Positions 9,696-22,590 of a stretch of DNA of 64,000 nucleotides are shown piece by piece (within the stretch, counting starts at the first letter, position 1; every line of letters begins with the position of its first letter). Below the pieces are notes generated by a model that saw only the letters and a program-made list of their open reading frames with translations, had not been told where the DNA came from and did not search any database. The position numbers and the translations under genes were made by a program. Source of the stretch: Saccostrea echinata. Its lineage: Eukaryota. The stretch lies in the NCBI RefSeq assembly GCF_033153115.1, contig NW_026889779.1, forward strand, positions 15,686,001 through 15,750,000, read 5' to 3'.

Positions 9696-12029
9696 AGGCT
9701 ACCTCGTGGTTTTACCACCTTCGTAAGTCACTAAACAATCTAATAGAAATTTTCATCTTCAAAGAAGTTAATATGTACAAATTAATAAGCTGACAAACGA
9801 GTAAGAGAGAATTTAAATTAATACATTTCGACCACATTAATTAATTGTTTATTGTTTTCTGTCAACAGGTCGAGTGTCAAAGACCGATTCCCTCTTGGTC
9901 ATGGCCATTGACTTCGGAACAACCTATTCTGGATACGCCTTTCAATTTAGACATGACTACGAATCAGACAGGATTGGAAGTATTTTTGCAAACACGTCTT
10001 GGGTTGCAGAGGGTGGAAATGGCCTAATGTCTTGGAAAACACCAACCACCTTGCTTCTGAATCCAGACGACAGTTTCAACTCTTTTGGTTACGAGGCTGA
10101 GGAGGTGTACCAGGAGCTGATAGAAAACGAAGAACATCATGACTTCCATTACTTCCGCCGATTCAAAATGATGCTTCACAACAAAATGGTACAAAAATGG
10201 TGCAGAGCATGAAACGTCATTTTATCATATTTCATATCCAAAGTTTAATTGTGCAAATATCAAAGCATAAAAAATGAAAACTCGCATTTTTATATTACCA
10301 AGTTGATAACTGCATACGTTTCATCGTTTTTGATGCATGTATAATGAGTTCAAGTTTAATGTCATCTCTTTATCTATATTTAAAGATAATGAACCGTGAT
10401 GTCATTATAGAAGATTCAGGTGGTCGTGGATTTCCAGCTCGTACAGTGTTCAGACATTCCATTGACTACCTGAAAAAGCATTTCTTCAAAACTATTGAAG
10501 AACGTGCACTAAACTTAGAACACAAAGACATCCAGTGGGTCCTCACAGTTCCTGCAATATGGAATGAACCCGCCAAACAATTCATGAGAGAAGCTGCAGT
10601 GGAGGCAAGTGACTGACAATTAAATTTTATTTGCCATTTCAAATTAATTTTTACAAGAAAGAAAGAGATAACGTTTTGTGATTTTGTGATTCAGGCGGGA
10701 ATACCCTCAGATAATCTGCAGTTGGCCCTTGAACCTGAAGCAGCCTCTTTGTTCTGTAAATATGTTCCAGCGGAGAAGCAGTCTGATGAAGACGGACAGA
10801 ATATGAAAATAGTTCCATTTAGCATCGGGACTCGGTACATGATTCTTGATCTTGGTGGTATGTAAAAAAACAATCTGTTAATAAGAGAAAACATACACGC
10901 CAATGAATTTGATAAGGTATTAAATTCGAATTCATATGTACATTATACATTTTCAGGTGGAACCGGTGACGTCACAGTTCATGAAGTTGTAGATGAGAAT
11001 TCCCTACGGGAAATCAACGTAGCCAGTGGGGGTGCATGGGGAGGGACGAATGTGGATAAGGCATACTACAACATGCTTAAATCTATCTTTGGTGAGGATG
11101 TTCTTATGAAGTTTAAAACAGAAAGACGAACGGATATGTTAGAGTTTCAGAGGGATTTTGAAATGAAAAAGAGACATATTCGAGATAAATTGGGACAAAA
11201 CACTCGACCCGTTATCATCTCTGTCCCAGCACTGCTTTCTGAATATGTAAGAGAACTAAAAGGCATGAGCTTGCAAGATATCGTGGCAAACTCGGAGTTT
11301 GCTGACAAAATAAAAATAAAACCAGGGAACAAACTTGCAATCGCTAGAGAATTAATGGAAACGCTTTTTGATGATCCTAGGGAACAAATCGTAACACATG
11401 TTCGAAACATTCTGGAAAATCAAGAAAATGAAAACAGAATATCTGCCATTCTGATGGTTGGTGGATTCTCCACATCCAATATAATAGTGGATGCAGTGAA
11501 ACAGGCGTTTCCCGAGCTTCGCGTTGTAGTTCCACCGGAGCCTGGTTTAGCCGTTGTGAAGGGAGCTGTGTTATGTGGACATGCCCCGTTGACTATCTCT
11601 TCGCGCGTTTGCAAATATACGTATGGAGTTGCTGTGTACGACAATTTCGATGAAAATAAACACCCATTGGAAAAAAGAGTGGAGCATGAAAACGAGGTTC
11701 TATGTAAGGATGTCTTCAGTATGTTCATTCAGGCTGGTCAAAGTGTTGATGTCAATAAAAGTGTTGACGAATCATACGACGTACCAAAGCCACACGCTCC
11801 AGTGTCTCTACAAATATATGCGACCCCCGATAAAAATCCCCTGTTTACGACAGACGAACACTGCGAGATGCTTGGTAGAATCATTATCAAACCTCCAGCG
11901 AGTGGATGGCAAAAAGGCGCGAAAATAAAGATATCTATGAAGTTTGGAGGAACAGAGTTCGAGGTTCACGCCACAGACCCCCAGAATCCAGAGACAGTGT
12001 ACTCAACTAAATGTGATTTTCTGCTGTAA
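9696..12029 (+). CDS. HSPA12: Heat shock 70 kDa protein 12A/12B-like atypical Hsp70 (~600 aa; start exon not located)
   Basis: Exons 9869-10188, 10386-10604, 10695-10857, 10957-12029 (probable microexon 9696-9722). Motifs IDFGTTYSG, WVLTVPAIW, KQFMREAA, LEPEAAS, DLGGGTGD, LMVGGFS; no C-terminal lid or EEVD. Confidence 0.93.
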
Positions 12030-12408
12030 TCATATAACTTTCATTGTTCTATCTCCTCCCTATATTTGTGTACATTAGCTGAATAATTACAGGGTGATCT
12101 GTCCATTATATATTCTTCATACCCCTGTACAAATCTGCAAGTGATGAGTTATGCAAGCAGGAAGTAAACTTTCTAAACTTACTGAACATGCATTATACTG
12201 ACAGAGCTATTGATGTATATTCCTTCGATACTGATTCAAACAAAATATGGAAAACCATTTATTTCAGGCCCATAGGAACCCGGGGGTAAGGGAGGGGGAA
12301 CCGTGTTCCCTCCACCCCAATAATTTTGCCGGCAACTACATGTATATACCGGTAATAGAAAACATGCTTTTCTACGGTTGTGCCCCTCAATAATTATGTC
12401 TGATGACC

Positions 12409-12490
12409 TTTTAGCACACCTGAGACGAAGGCTCAAGTGAGATTTTCTGATCATTTTTGTCCGTTATCTGTCGTTGTAAACTCTTCTCCG

Positions 12491-12535
<45 letters not shown>

Positions 12536-12848
12536 TAGTAAAGGGGATTCAAATTTATTCAAATGAAGGGCCACGTCCTCTTTCAGGGGGAGATAATTAA
12601 GAAAAAAGTAAAGCAAAAGGGGGGCATTTAAAAATCATCTTCTCAAGAAACACTGAGTCAGTAATGAAAATTATGTGAAAGCTTTCAGACATATTGTAGA
12701 TTCAAATTTGTTCAAATCATGACCCCCAGGGATAGGGTGGGGCTACAACGGGTGTGCAAGTTTTACATTGGAATATACAGGGAAAAGAATCTGCTGATAA
12801 ACAAGAAGGGTAATAGTTACTCAGGTGAATGTTGTGGCCTCTTGTTTA
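12409..12848 (+). mobile_element. Non-autonomous Helentron (HINE/DINE-1-like)
   Basis: 5' TTTTAGCACACCTGAG...GCTCAAGTGAG inverted repeat, 3' ACTCAGGTGA...GGCCTCTTGTT; same architecture as other copies in the window. Confidence 0.75.
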
Positions 12849-13778
12849 AACTAATATATGGTTGGTTGCCCTCATCTGGCCTACCGTGCCAGTGCTCTAC
12901 ATAACCACTGAACTATTAAGACCCGATATACTGGTATTGACTGCATGATACTCATATATACTCATATGCAGATACTCATACCTGTTAATTAATTCGGTGA
13001 CATTTCATACAGANNNNNNNNNNNNNNNNNNNNNNNNNNNNNNNNNNNNNNNNNNNNNNNNNNNNNNNNNNNNNNNNNNNNNNNNNNNNNNNNNNNNNNN
13101 NNNNNNNNNNNNNNNNNNNNNNNNNNNNNNNNNNNNNNNNNNNNAGAAATTTCTACACAAAGGATGATTATTTAGAATTTAACCGTTCTAATTCGGACAT
13201 ACATGTAATTATGAAACCGTTGCGTATTTGGTGATCAGTTCATGTAGTGTTAATTTCTGTGAAAACACCATGTCGTTACCCCGACTGACCTGTAATTCTT
13301 TAATGATAATAATTGAATCATTGAGCACTGTGAATTGGTGTGTATGTCGTTTTCAGTTTTCATTCCTATTTACGTGTAATTATTAAACAAACCTTGTAAA
13401 TTAAGGGCTGTAGAGTTCACATGTAGTTTTGATTATCATATCATAGTGAAAATGCAGAAAGAACTTTTGTGACATCTGCTCTGGAAAATTATCAAAAATT
13501 TCTTAGGCTTTTTCATGTTTTTTTTTTCTTCAATGTTTTCTTGTGTACTGAAATTTAAATAAAAAAAAAATATGTACCCGTAGTTTTCTGATCCAGAATC
13601 AAGACTAATGGAATGTTTAAACTTCAATCGTCTTATTTGGGTCTATTTGTGTATATGGACAGAGCTACTTGAAAAACAATTATCAAGAAAAAGTGCATTT
13701 TGATACGATTAACCGGTTAATCAGTCGGAACGTCTTGCGGTTAACCGATTAGCAATTCTGTAATCGATTGCCATCTCT

Positions 13779-13782
<4 letters not shown>

Positions 13783-13868
<86 letters not shown>
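13783..13868. repeat. (TA)n microsatellite next to the end of a hAT-like MITE (...AATCGATTGCCATCTCTA)
   Basis: Seen directly. Confidence 0.9.
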
Positions 13869-13874
<6 letters not shown>

Positions 13875-15697
13875 GTATACTTTAAAAAAAACGCTTAATA
13901 GGAAAATATGAAATAGGTATGTATTACATTTTTTTATGGATATGATTCATTAGAGTAAAATTCGTTACTTTTTAACACTGTTGTTAACCAGACAGGCATT
14001 TTATAAAGCAACAGGCAAGAAGACCTGATCTTGCAGAATATTAAAATTACCTTCCTCACTTTTTTTGGGGGGGGGGGGGGGGGTTCTGATCCACATCAAT
14101 CAGGTGCAAAAGGTCTATCAAAAGCTGGGGTTTTCGATTTTTTTTATTCTGGTATTTTTGAAAATTCACGCTATTTAAAAATACTACATCTGAATGATGC
14201 TTAACGCAGAAAGGAAGTTGGGCGACTGGAAACAAGTGTACCACAGTCTACAATTGCAAGAGGTTTTAATGTTGCACAAAGCACCCTATCTCACCTTTAA
14301 GAGCATGTCTACGAGAAAACCATGCAAAAGGTGGTGGGAGCAAGGTTCTCTGATCAACTTCATATTTTGTATGTAAATTTCTTCTAGAATATGAAATATT
14401 TTTTTTCAGTGTGGTCTCACTTAGTGAGGTTATGCAACACTGTTACTAAAAATAGAATTGTATTTTAGGATAATATATTTCAAAATTCAGCATTTAGTTT
14501 AATAATGATATAAAATATCCATACATGGTTAAAAGTAACAAGGTACACCTGTTTCAGTAATTTTTTTATAATCACAAACTGTGCCTCCGTTTAAGTGCAA
14601 ATAGGTCACAAATCTGGCATATTTCCAGATTTTGGAAAACTGGTAAAAATTTACACTTTTCAAAAACCTATAACTTAGAAAGTGACACTTAGAATTAACT
14701 CAATCTCATACCATCTATTAGACAACATGTCTGATTACATTATATCAAAAATCTGTCTTTGGACTCTCAAAATTTTTGGTTATATTTTTTACCTAAAATG
14801 GGAATTTTTTTCCAATTTTTAAATTTTCTAGTCCCTGAACTTCAGCATTGGACAATTATTTTCATATGTTTATTGAAAAAAAAATATCACAGAGTCAAAA
14901 ACACTTTATTAAATTCCAATATTGCTTCACTGCATCTCATCTTCATAATATATTTTTATCCAGTATATATTTTTTTTCCTTAATTAAATCCACAAAATCT
15001 CAATAAATTGCAATGGCTAACCACTTTCTCTGATCTAGTATGTGAAATTAAAAACAGTTTGTGTGTGTGTGTGATAAGCCACCACACCAGAAAACCAGGT
15101 TCATTGATTTTTTTTTTTTTTTTACTAATTAAATCGAGACTTTTGCATTTTCAGGTGGCTACAGTATTAATAAGTAAAAATGCAAATTGAAAGAGTGAGC
15201 AAATATCTAACACTGACTTCTGGAAATTTGAATTTATATAGTATGTAGTCAAAATTCTATATGAAGATCAAATTCAAGTGCAAAAAAGTCAAGATTCTAG
15301 TACAAAAAGTTTAAGATCAAATACTTATGATTTTCCAATTAGAACTTCACAGTTCAGAAATTTAGAAAGGTTTCATTTTTACTTTCAAACAAACCAAATA
15401 CAAGCATCTAATTAGATAATTATACAAAAAATTAACATTTGAATAAATAAATAATCACTTTTATGAAAATCTGCATGAACCCTCAATACATGTCTACATT
15501 GTAACATCCTAAATCTCTGATAAACGTAATTTCTTTGGACCCTTTCAATGTGCATACATTTTTTTTTACAAGAACTAGATTCAAGATTACACACAGATAT
15601 AGAGGAATTGTGAGAAGCTCCTAAGAATATATCCCCTTCTGCAATGTTTTAAAGGGCCTTTTTCCATATCCCTAAGAAATGACCTTGTATTTTTAAA

Positions 15698-16772
15698 AAA
15701 CAAGAAGTCCATGGGCCACATCGCTCACCTGGGCACATTAGCTATAAAAAAGCAGAAATCAGTTTAGTGAAAAGGTTAAATATGATCGATCACAAATACC
15801 CCCCAACCCCAAGAAAATGGGGGCATGATTTATTCACACTTGAATTTACACTACTTGGGAATTCTTCCATGTTTCTTTGTTTAATCATGGCTATAGAAGA
15901 TTTTTTTCCTGAATGTTTGATCTTCTATTGTGGTGATGCCCTACCCCCAGGGGACATGATTTGAACAAATTGGTATGCCTTACCTGAGGATAATTCTGCA
16001 TTAATATGACTGATCATGGATTTGCTTTTCTTGGGAAGAAGATTTTTTTTAACAATTTCTCCTATGTATTCCCATGTTTTTTGCTTGTTTGTTTGTTGTT
16101 TAACGTCCCTCTCGAGAATTTTTCACTCATATGGAGACACCACCACTTGCCGGTGGAGAGCTGCAAATTTTTTACCTATACTCAGCACTCAGGGTCATTG
16201 AGCAGTGAGGAATCTTTTTTGTGCCAGCGTCTACTGTGACATAGGACCTTGGTATATACAGTCTCATCTGAATGATTGGTCTCCACGCCCCACAGTGGGA
16301 TTTGAACCCATGATGTAAGGATCAACACCTTACTCCGCGACTCTAGAGCAGACGCTCTACCACTGCGCCACGCAGGCGACTATTCTCATGTTAAACTTTG
16401 ATCACCAATTATGGCTCCTCCCTACCCCCAGTGGTCCCCCAGGGGTAATGATTTGAACAAACTTGAATCTACATTATGTCAAAAGCTTATACATAAGTTT
16501 CATCTTTTTTGGCTCTGTGGTTCTTGAGATTTTTAAATACCCCCACCCAATTTTCACTATTTCTTGATTATCTCCCCTTGGAAGAAGGTGTGGCTCTTCA
16601 TTTGAACAAATTTGAATCCCCTTTACCCAAGAATACTCTGTCCCAAGTTTGGCTGAAATTGGCCCAGTGGTTCTGGAGAAGATGAAAATGTGAAAAGTTT
16701 ACAACAATGACAACAACGAACAAATCTTGATCAGAAAAGTTCACTTGAGCCTTTGGCTCAGGTTAGCTAAAA
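15698..16772 (-). mobile_element. HINE/Helentron non-autonomous element carrying a nested SINE
   Basis: AACAAGAAGTCCATGGGCCACATCGCTCACCTG at left and TCACTTGAGC..GCTCAGGTTAGCTAAAA at right, the reverse complement of the 12409 element's ends. Confidence 0.8.
16079..16380 (-). mobile_element. tRNA-derived SINE
   Basis: Minus-strand A box TGGCGCAGTGG and B box GGTTCAAATCC, (AAAC)n tail, 12-bp TSD TATTC(C/T)CATGTT at 16067-16078 and 16381-16392. Confidence 0.85.
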
Positions 16773-16798
16773 AAAGACACATCCTGTGGACTCTGGTA

Positions 16799-16978
16799 CC
16801 GTATATACTCGCCTATAAGTCGATCCGCCTATCAGTCGGTTGTATTTTGTAAGCTTAAATTAGAGGGAAGGACCAGCTAAATAAACCAATCTTTTTATAA
16901 CTTGCGTATAAGTCGGATAAAGAGTTTTAGACCAAAGTTTAACTCCCAAAAAACTGACTTATAGGCGAGTATATACGA
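16799..16978. mobile_element. Tc1/mariner-pogo-type MITE
   Basis: TIR CGTATATACTCGCCTATAAGTC at both ends, TA flanks. Confidence 0.85.
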
Positions 16979-19440
16979 TAATCAGTATTCTAGTATTTCT
17001 CTATTAAAAAGTTGTGAACCTTGTATGAATTTTACATATCTCTCTGAAGTGACCTTGAACTTGCTGGAATGACTTTGGGCCAAGATTATTTCACACCTTA
17101 AGGCTGTTAGTATTATTTTTGTAAAGAATGAACTTCTAGTGTTTTTAAATTAGATATCAATAGATCAGACATAAATTTAGAATTTTTCTTGGCAGTGTCC
17201 TTGAATTTGCCAAAATGACCATAATCAAGATCAAGAACATATCTCTAGATCATAAGGGATATTATCATGTCAAGTAAGAGTTTCCAATGTTTCTCCATTA
17301 CTTCATGTGGTCAAGAAACTAATTTTACATTTTTCTGAAAGTACCTCATTTTTTCCCCATTGATCTGTTTATATCATCAGTCTGTTACAAACTAGTAGTT
17401 TGTGAGGGTGTGTGTGTGGGTGTGGGTGGGTGGGTTACATTCAGAGCCTCTACACATATACACATGCATGCTGTTATATGTTTATTGTGACCTCTGACCT
17501 TCTTCATTAAGTAATGGAAATTATTATAGTAAATTTTAGTCATTTTCAGATTCTTGGATAGACAGGCAGAGGGTTTTTTTTTCAACTTGTCTGCAAGATC
17601 ATCAACCTATTATTAAAATTAGATCTTTCAGACTCATCACATATTAAAAGGTGGGAGCATGATAAATACTGGTAATATCTCAATTACATTATGAGGTAAT
17701 TGTAACTGGGTTGTATTTCAATAAAATGAATGGGTTATCATATTATTGTTACTGGAAATACAGTGTAATTAAAAAGCAGGTATTTTAAAGCCAGTGAAAA
17801 ACAAGGGACCAAGATTCTTACCATCAATATCATGTTCAGATACTTCAGTATCATGGTTTTCACTATCATGATGAATTTCTTTACTTGCTTCAACTGAAAA
17901 AAAAATGAATCCATGACATTTTCAGTAGTGAAAAGTTTTGTTTGGAAAAAAAGCCCCCCCCCCCCCCCCCCTGGGGAATCTATGGCCTGACTTTTCACTT
18001 CATCACACAGTAAATTTCATAACACTGAAAATATTATTCTGAAATCCTTCCACTAGTTCTAAACACTCAAGAGTTGCTTCATGAAATATTAATCAGAATT
18101 CATGACTGTTCTATTGATTCATAAAATCAAATAAAAACAATTTTATTCTATATTTTATAAGCAATACCTTCTTGGGTAGAATTTTTCTGTGGATAATTCT
18201 CCATAATCTCATTGACTGTAAAAATTCTTTCTGAAAAATTTGATAGGAACTGAATATTCGAGATTTTATTTTTTGAGGATGAATCATAGAATTATTCAGT
18301 TTAAATTTGATTTCCAGGCAGGTTTGGAACATGTAAATTTATACTAATACTTAATACAATAATGTTACAGTAATGAACCTGTGATTTCTTTTGAATGTTG
18401 TGGAGCAACAGGTGCCTCTATGGATTGAAGTTCTTTCAAATCCTCAGCAATATGACCAATCATACCTTGAAAAATGAAACTAATCTATAACAAAGGAATT
18501 ATATTGTTTCTTATCTAAGCTACATTTTAGCTATAACTTTCGAATGAATTCCCTTCCAGTTTCCCCCTTTCAGGTATAATCACCGCACATCTAAGCCTTC
18601 ATTTAACAATCGATCATGTCAGCTCAGCCTCCATTCATAAGCTTTCATCTCTAATTGATGGTCAACCGGTATATGCTATCTCTCATGCTTTTAAGTCATT
18701 TTTGAAAGTTTGTTTTTAAAATAATTTTAGTGCTAATTAACCTTTTAGCTATGGTTAAATTGTAAATACCTGTATGTTTTAATCATATTTTTCTTTTAAA
18801 GAAGTAGAATTTATGCACTAATATTATCAATAAATAGCAAATATTTTTATTTCATTTCATGAAAAAAATATTTAAAGTTGTGAATTTCTTACCGAAATAA
18901 GTTTAGGGGTTTACAATACTACTTCATAAAGTTTAGCATTGACTGGTCACATAGAGAGTTTATTTAGGAACCCCTTAGGAAAAATCAAAGTAAACTGACC
19001 TAGTATTGACATCATCTTATTGATCAAATTCATTAAAATTATCTTTGAATATAATATTCATTTACATGTACTAGTCTGTTGAAATAGGAAACAAGTAAGT
19101 ATAAAAAATAAATACAGTTTTATGCTATTGTCAGAATTATCAATATAATGCTTCTAAGTTATATGTTTGATAATGTATAATTGTTTCTTTGTATAACTAT
19201 GGTTGGTTAGGGAAAGTAAACAAAACAGACTAGAGATTTTAAAAATATATATATATATCATATTTCATAGCCCCCCCCTTTTTTTAATGGCTGGCATGTA
19301 TTCAAAAGTGTTTATTACCAATTAAAAAAAAACATTAATGTTTAATACATCTATCTATGAAAGTTTTCAGAATATATTTGACAAATTAATTAATACGCCA
19401 ATTTTCCATAATACTGAATAAATAAACTAAATTATTTTAC

Positions 19441-20251
19441 CTATTTCTTCTTCATGATTTACTTCTTTTTTATGTTTCACCATGCACTTTTTGCACAAAG
19501 CTATAAAAAGAAATATCATAGTTCATAAGAGCTTTAAATTTCTAATTTACAATGAAGTCATAAAATCAATTCCAAAAACTACATTACATTGATAATTACA
19601 TTGTTTAAAATGTATAGGGATACAACTTTAATTATAACATCCTGTCATTATTGATAGGCATCAAACGTGCAACAACAAAAAATAATAAAAAAAATAAATT
19701 AAAAAAAATCATAAAGCATCAGGTTACCGTTATTTAACATATAACATCATAGTTCATATGAAGGATCAAAAATTGTGTCTGCTTTTCCAAAACTTTTCAT
19801 CATCTTTATATTAATTCAAATGGTTCTTAATAATGAAAATTATCATTGAAATTTTTAATCAAATACCTGATCCAATTGGCAATGTTTGCCCTGTCTGTAA
19901 CCACACTTCTTTACAAAGTGTGGGAGAAGCCCCGCGGTCAGCTTTTGCATTGCCTTCATGACCGGGATATGCGCAGGTCCTCTGTGGTCGCCTCCACTGC
20001 ACACCTAACCTTTTTCTGTGATTGTCACATATTTTCAAAAGGAATAAGTGTTTGTCAATAACAAATAGACCAGCCCTGTATAAAAGAACCAAGTACTCCG
20101 GGCAGCTTACATTTTCTGATGTTGTTTTTATTCCTGAACTCTTTAAACTGTATAAGTGATTTGATACGTCTTCATCACATTCATATAATTTATAGGTAGT
20201 ATCTAACAAATTACACTCACAGGAAGGAGCAAATTTCTTGAAATCACACAT
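19441..20251 (-). pseudogene. Spliced Cys/His-rich N-terminal fragment, probably from a DNA-transposon gene (Sola-like, tentative)
   Basis: Exon 20251-19867 splices in phase to 19500-19441 giving ...ICDNHRKRLGVQWRRPQRTCAYPGH...PIGSALCKKC. The pattern resembles N-termini of large transposon-associated proteins in marine invertebrates; no catalytic region found. Confidence 0.45.
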
Positions 20252-21139
20252 AATGCATGATTAATCTATTAGATGACAGACATCTTTTGGTATCTCTTTG
20301 TAAACATAATCATTATCTACCTTCTCTACAGAAGAGTGCAACAGGGGAGATAATTCTAACAATAATAAAAAAAAAATTGTTAAATACGGATTTTTTAAGG
20401 AAAAATCAGGGGAAATATTTATTTTTAGTGTTTTATAAAATTCAAAATATTTTTTATTATTTATATCTGTAAATATATTACACGAAGTTCATTTAAATTA
20501 CTTTAAAAGTTAAATTTATAAAACCACAAAATTTTCTATTATTTGAATTTGATATAGATTCATTACAATGTTACTTTTATGTCCTTGAGAGTCCAAAGGT
20601 GGATATTACATATTGCAGGGATAATATCTTAGAGGTTCCTAATGGCACAAAATTTTGAAAAAAGAAGCGTCACTTTCTTAGAAATGCTTTCTTCAATATT
20701 GACAAAAAATGAATCATTTCATTTCTTGGCACCATGCCAATATTTGCACTCTTGGGACAGCCTCATATATAAGGATATTACAGAAATTTTGATTCCAACT
20801 TAATTTTACAACCCTATTCTGTGAAAAAATATTCCCCTTTTCTTCTTATGTTGTTTATTCATTTTACTTTTAAATATTGAAATTATCAATTTTACACCAA
20901 CTTTTTGTATTTTTCTCTGGAATATTGACCAGAATGAATTGTTAGTTGTTACTAAAAATAGAAACAACCAATGCAAAAATAAACAATATATTTCTGACTC
21001 TCAGTGGGTCTCCTTTAATGTTATAATAAAATTTTGTTTGTTCTTGAGACTTGCTACTGCAGCCTTTTTGTCTATTTGCATGGTTTTCTCTTAAAACAGA
21101 TACCAACAGCACGGTACAACAAATGATCGCAAAACATTT

Positions 21140-22010
21140 GGCAGACCAGGATCGCTTCATTGTTTTGCGTAACCTTCATCATCGTTCCACAATGACGTCA
21201 TCTACAATATTGAGATGCTGGACTTCAAAGGTCTCAGACCAACAGAGTACGGCAACACCGCTGAACAGTTCGGTTTATCTACTAGTCCAATAATTTTATT
21301 GCACAGCTCAGCGGAAGAGTCAGAGTGCATAAGTTCGTAATAAGTTCGTTTTGCAGAAAACTGATTCCGGGAGATTGGTAGATTTGATGATGGTAGTGTA
21401 ATGATATGGGCAATGTTATGTATACAGACAGGTCTAATTTGGTTCATATTCAAAGGACTTTAACGACACAACGGCACTCTGACGACGTCCTAGCTGCACA
21501 TGTCTTTCCAATAATGTAGCACCCTGGAGCCGTACTTTAATCTGACAATACACAGCCACATATGGCTCGTTTGACAAGCACATTCTTGCAAAGCCACGGC
21601 TTTGCCTTGGCCATGTAAATCGCCATATTTAAACCACAATGAGTATGCATTGGACAAAATGGATAGACCAAAGACAACCGCATCCCTAAACTCTGCAACA
21701 GCTGACCCAAGCTCTACATTTAGAGTGGAATGGCATTCCTATGCAGTTTTAATACATTCATTTGCGTTCATAAGGATGACGTTTTAAGCTATCACTGGTG
21801 TCTGTGTGTGTGTTTGTAAAAGGGGGGGGGGTGTACCAGATATTGATCTTAATGACGTTGAACTGCCTATGATTATAAAATTCCTGAGTAATTATGACTA
21901 TTACATTTTACATTTCTTTGTTAACAATACATTATGCTACTGTGTAACCTTATGTCTTAACGTGTCACTTAAATTTTACTCTGCGTTTTCTTTCTTTTTT
22001 TTGAACAGTA
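21140..22010 (+). mobile_element. Degenerate Tc1-like transposon (transposase pseudogene)
   Basis: Frameshifted remnants QDRFIVL, GSVMIW, DNTQPH and LPWPCKSPYLNHNEYALD (cf. WPxxSPDLNPIEHLW); Tc1-like end ...TTTTTTTGAACAGTATA. Confidence 0.75.
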
Positions 22011-22030
22011 TACGTATACATATGTACAGG

Positions 22031-22590
22031 AACGGAAAAAATTTATGGCTGGAATGGGAATCAGACACCTGACCCCTGCATGGCCGTAGGAACCAGGGGA
22101 CACGGGGGGGGGGGGGTCCCTTATAATTTTGCCGATATATAGAATACTATAGAAACATAGCTAGCATATGCTTTTGCCCCCTCAGTAATAAAGTCTGATG
22201 ACTTTTTGTTTTGCTTGTCAAGGAATTTTTGGTAGTTGATAGTGCCCCCCAACTGAAATGTATGGTATGCCCCCCCCCCCCAACTGAGATTGCTTCCTAC
22301 GGGCTTGCCCTGCTTTACTAGTCAGGTGCTCCAACCACAAAGCTACCCAAGTTACACAGTCCATATAGCCTAACCCACTAAATTCCTCCCTCAGTCTGCC
22401 CTCAACAACACAAACCAAAGTTCTTCAGCACCTTGCAGGACTTCGCCTGCAGGTGTAGGGGTGGTCAACAGCACCAAACAAGGAAAGAGAAAAATTATGG
22501 GCTGGACTGGGAATTGAACCCAGGACACCCAGCATTATTAGCCGTCTTTACCACTGAGATTAGCTGGCCGCTATCCTCAATTCCCCACAT
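22031..22590 (-). mobile_element. Dimeric tRNA-related interspersed repeat interrupted by a MITE (22079-22307)
   Basis: Two similar units (GAAAAATTTATGG..GGGAAT.GAACCC..ACCACTGAG); flanks catatgtacagg / cacatgtacagg; MITE flanked by duplicated CCCTG. Confidence 0.55.

Noticed and set aside
11147-11928. Overlapping antisense and alternate-frame ORFs in HSPA12 (similarly in the TLR and PTR genes)
   Set aside because: Shadow ORFs of real coding exons with no independent signals.
16290-16380. tRNA gene
   Set aside because: A and B boxes belong to a SINE head with TSD and tail; no proper cloverleaf.
17385-18332. Several short minus-strand ORFs suggesting a decayed coding exon
   Set aside because: Multiple stops in all frames and no family recognised; left uncalled.
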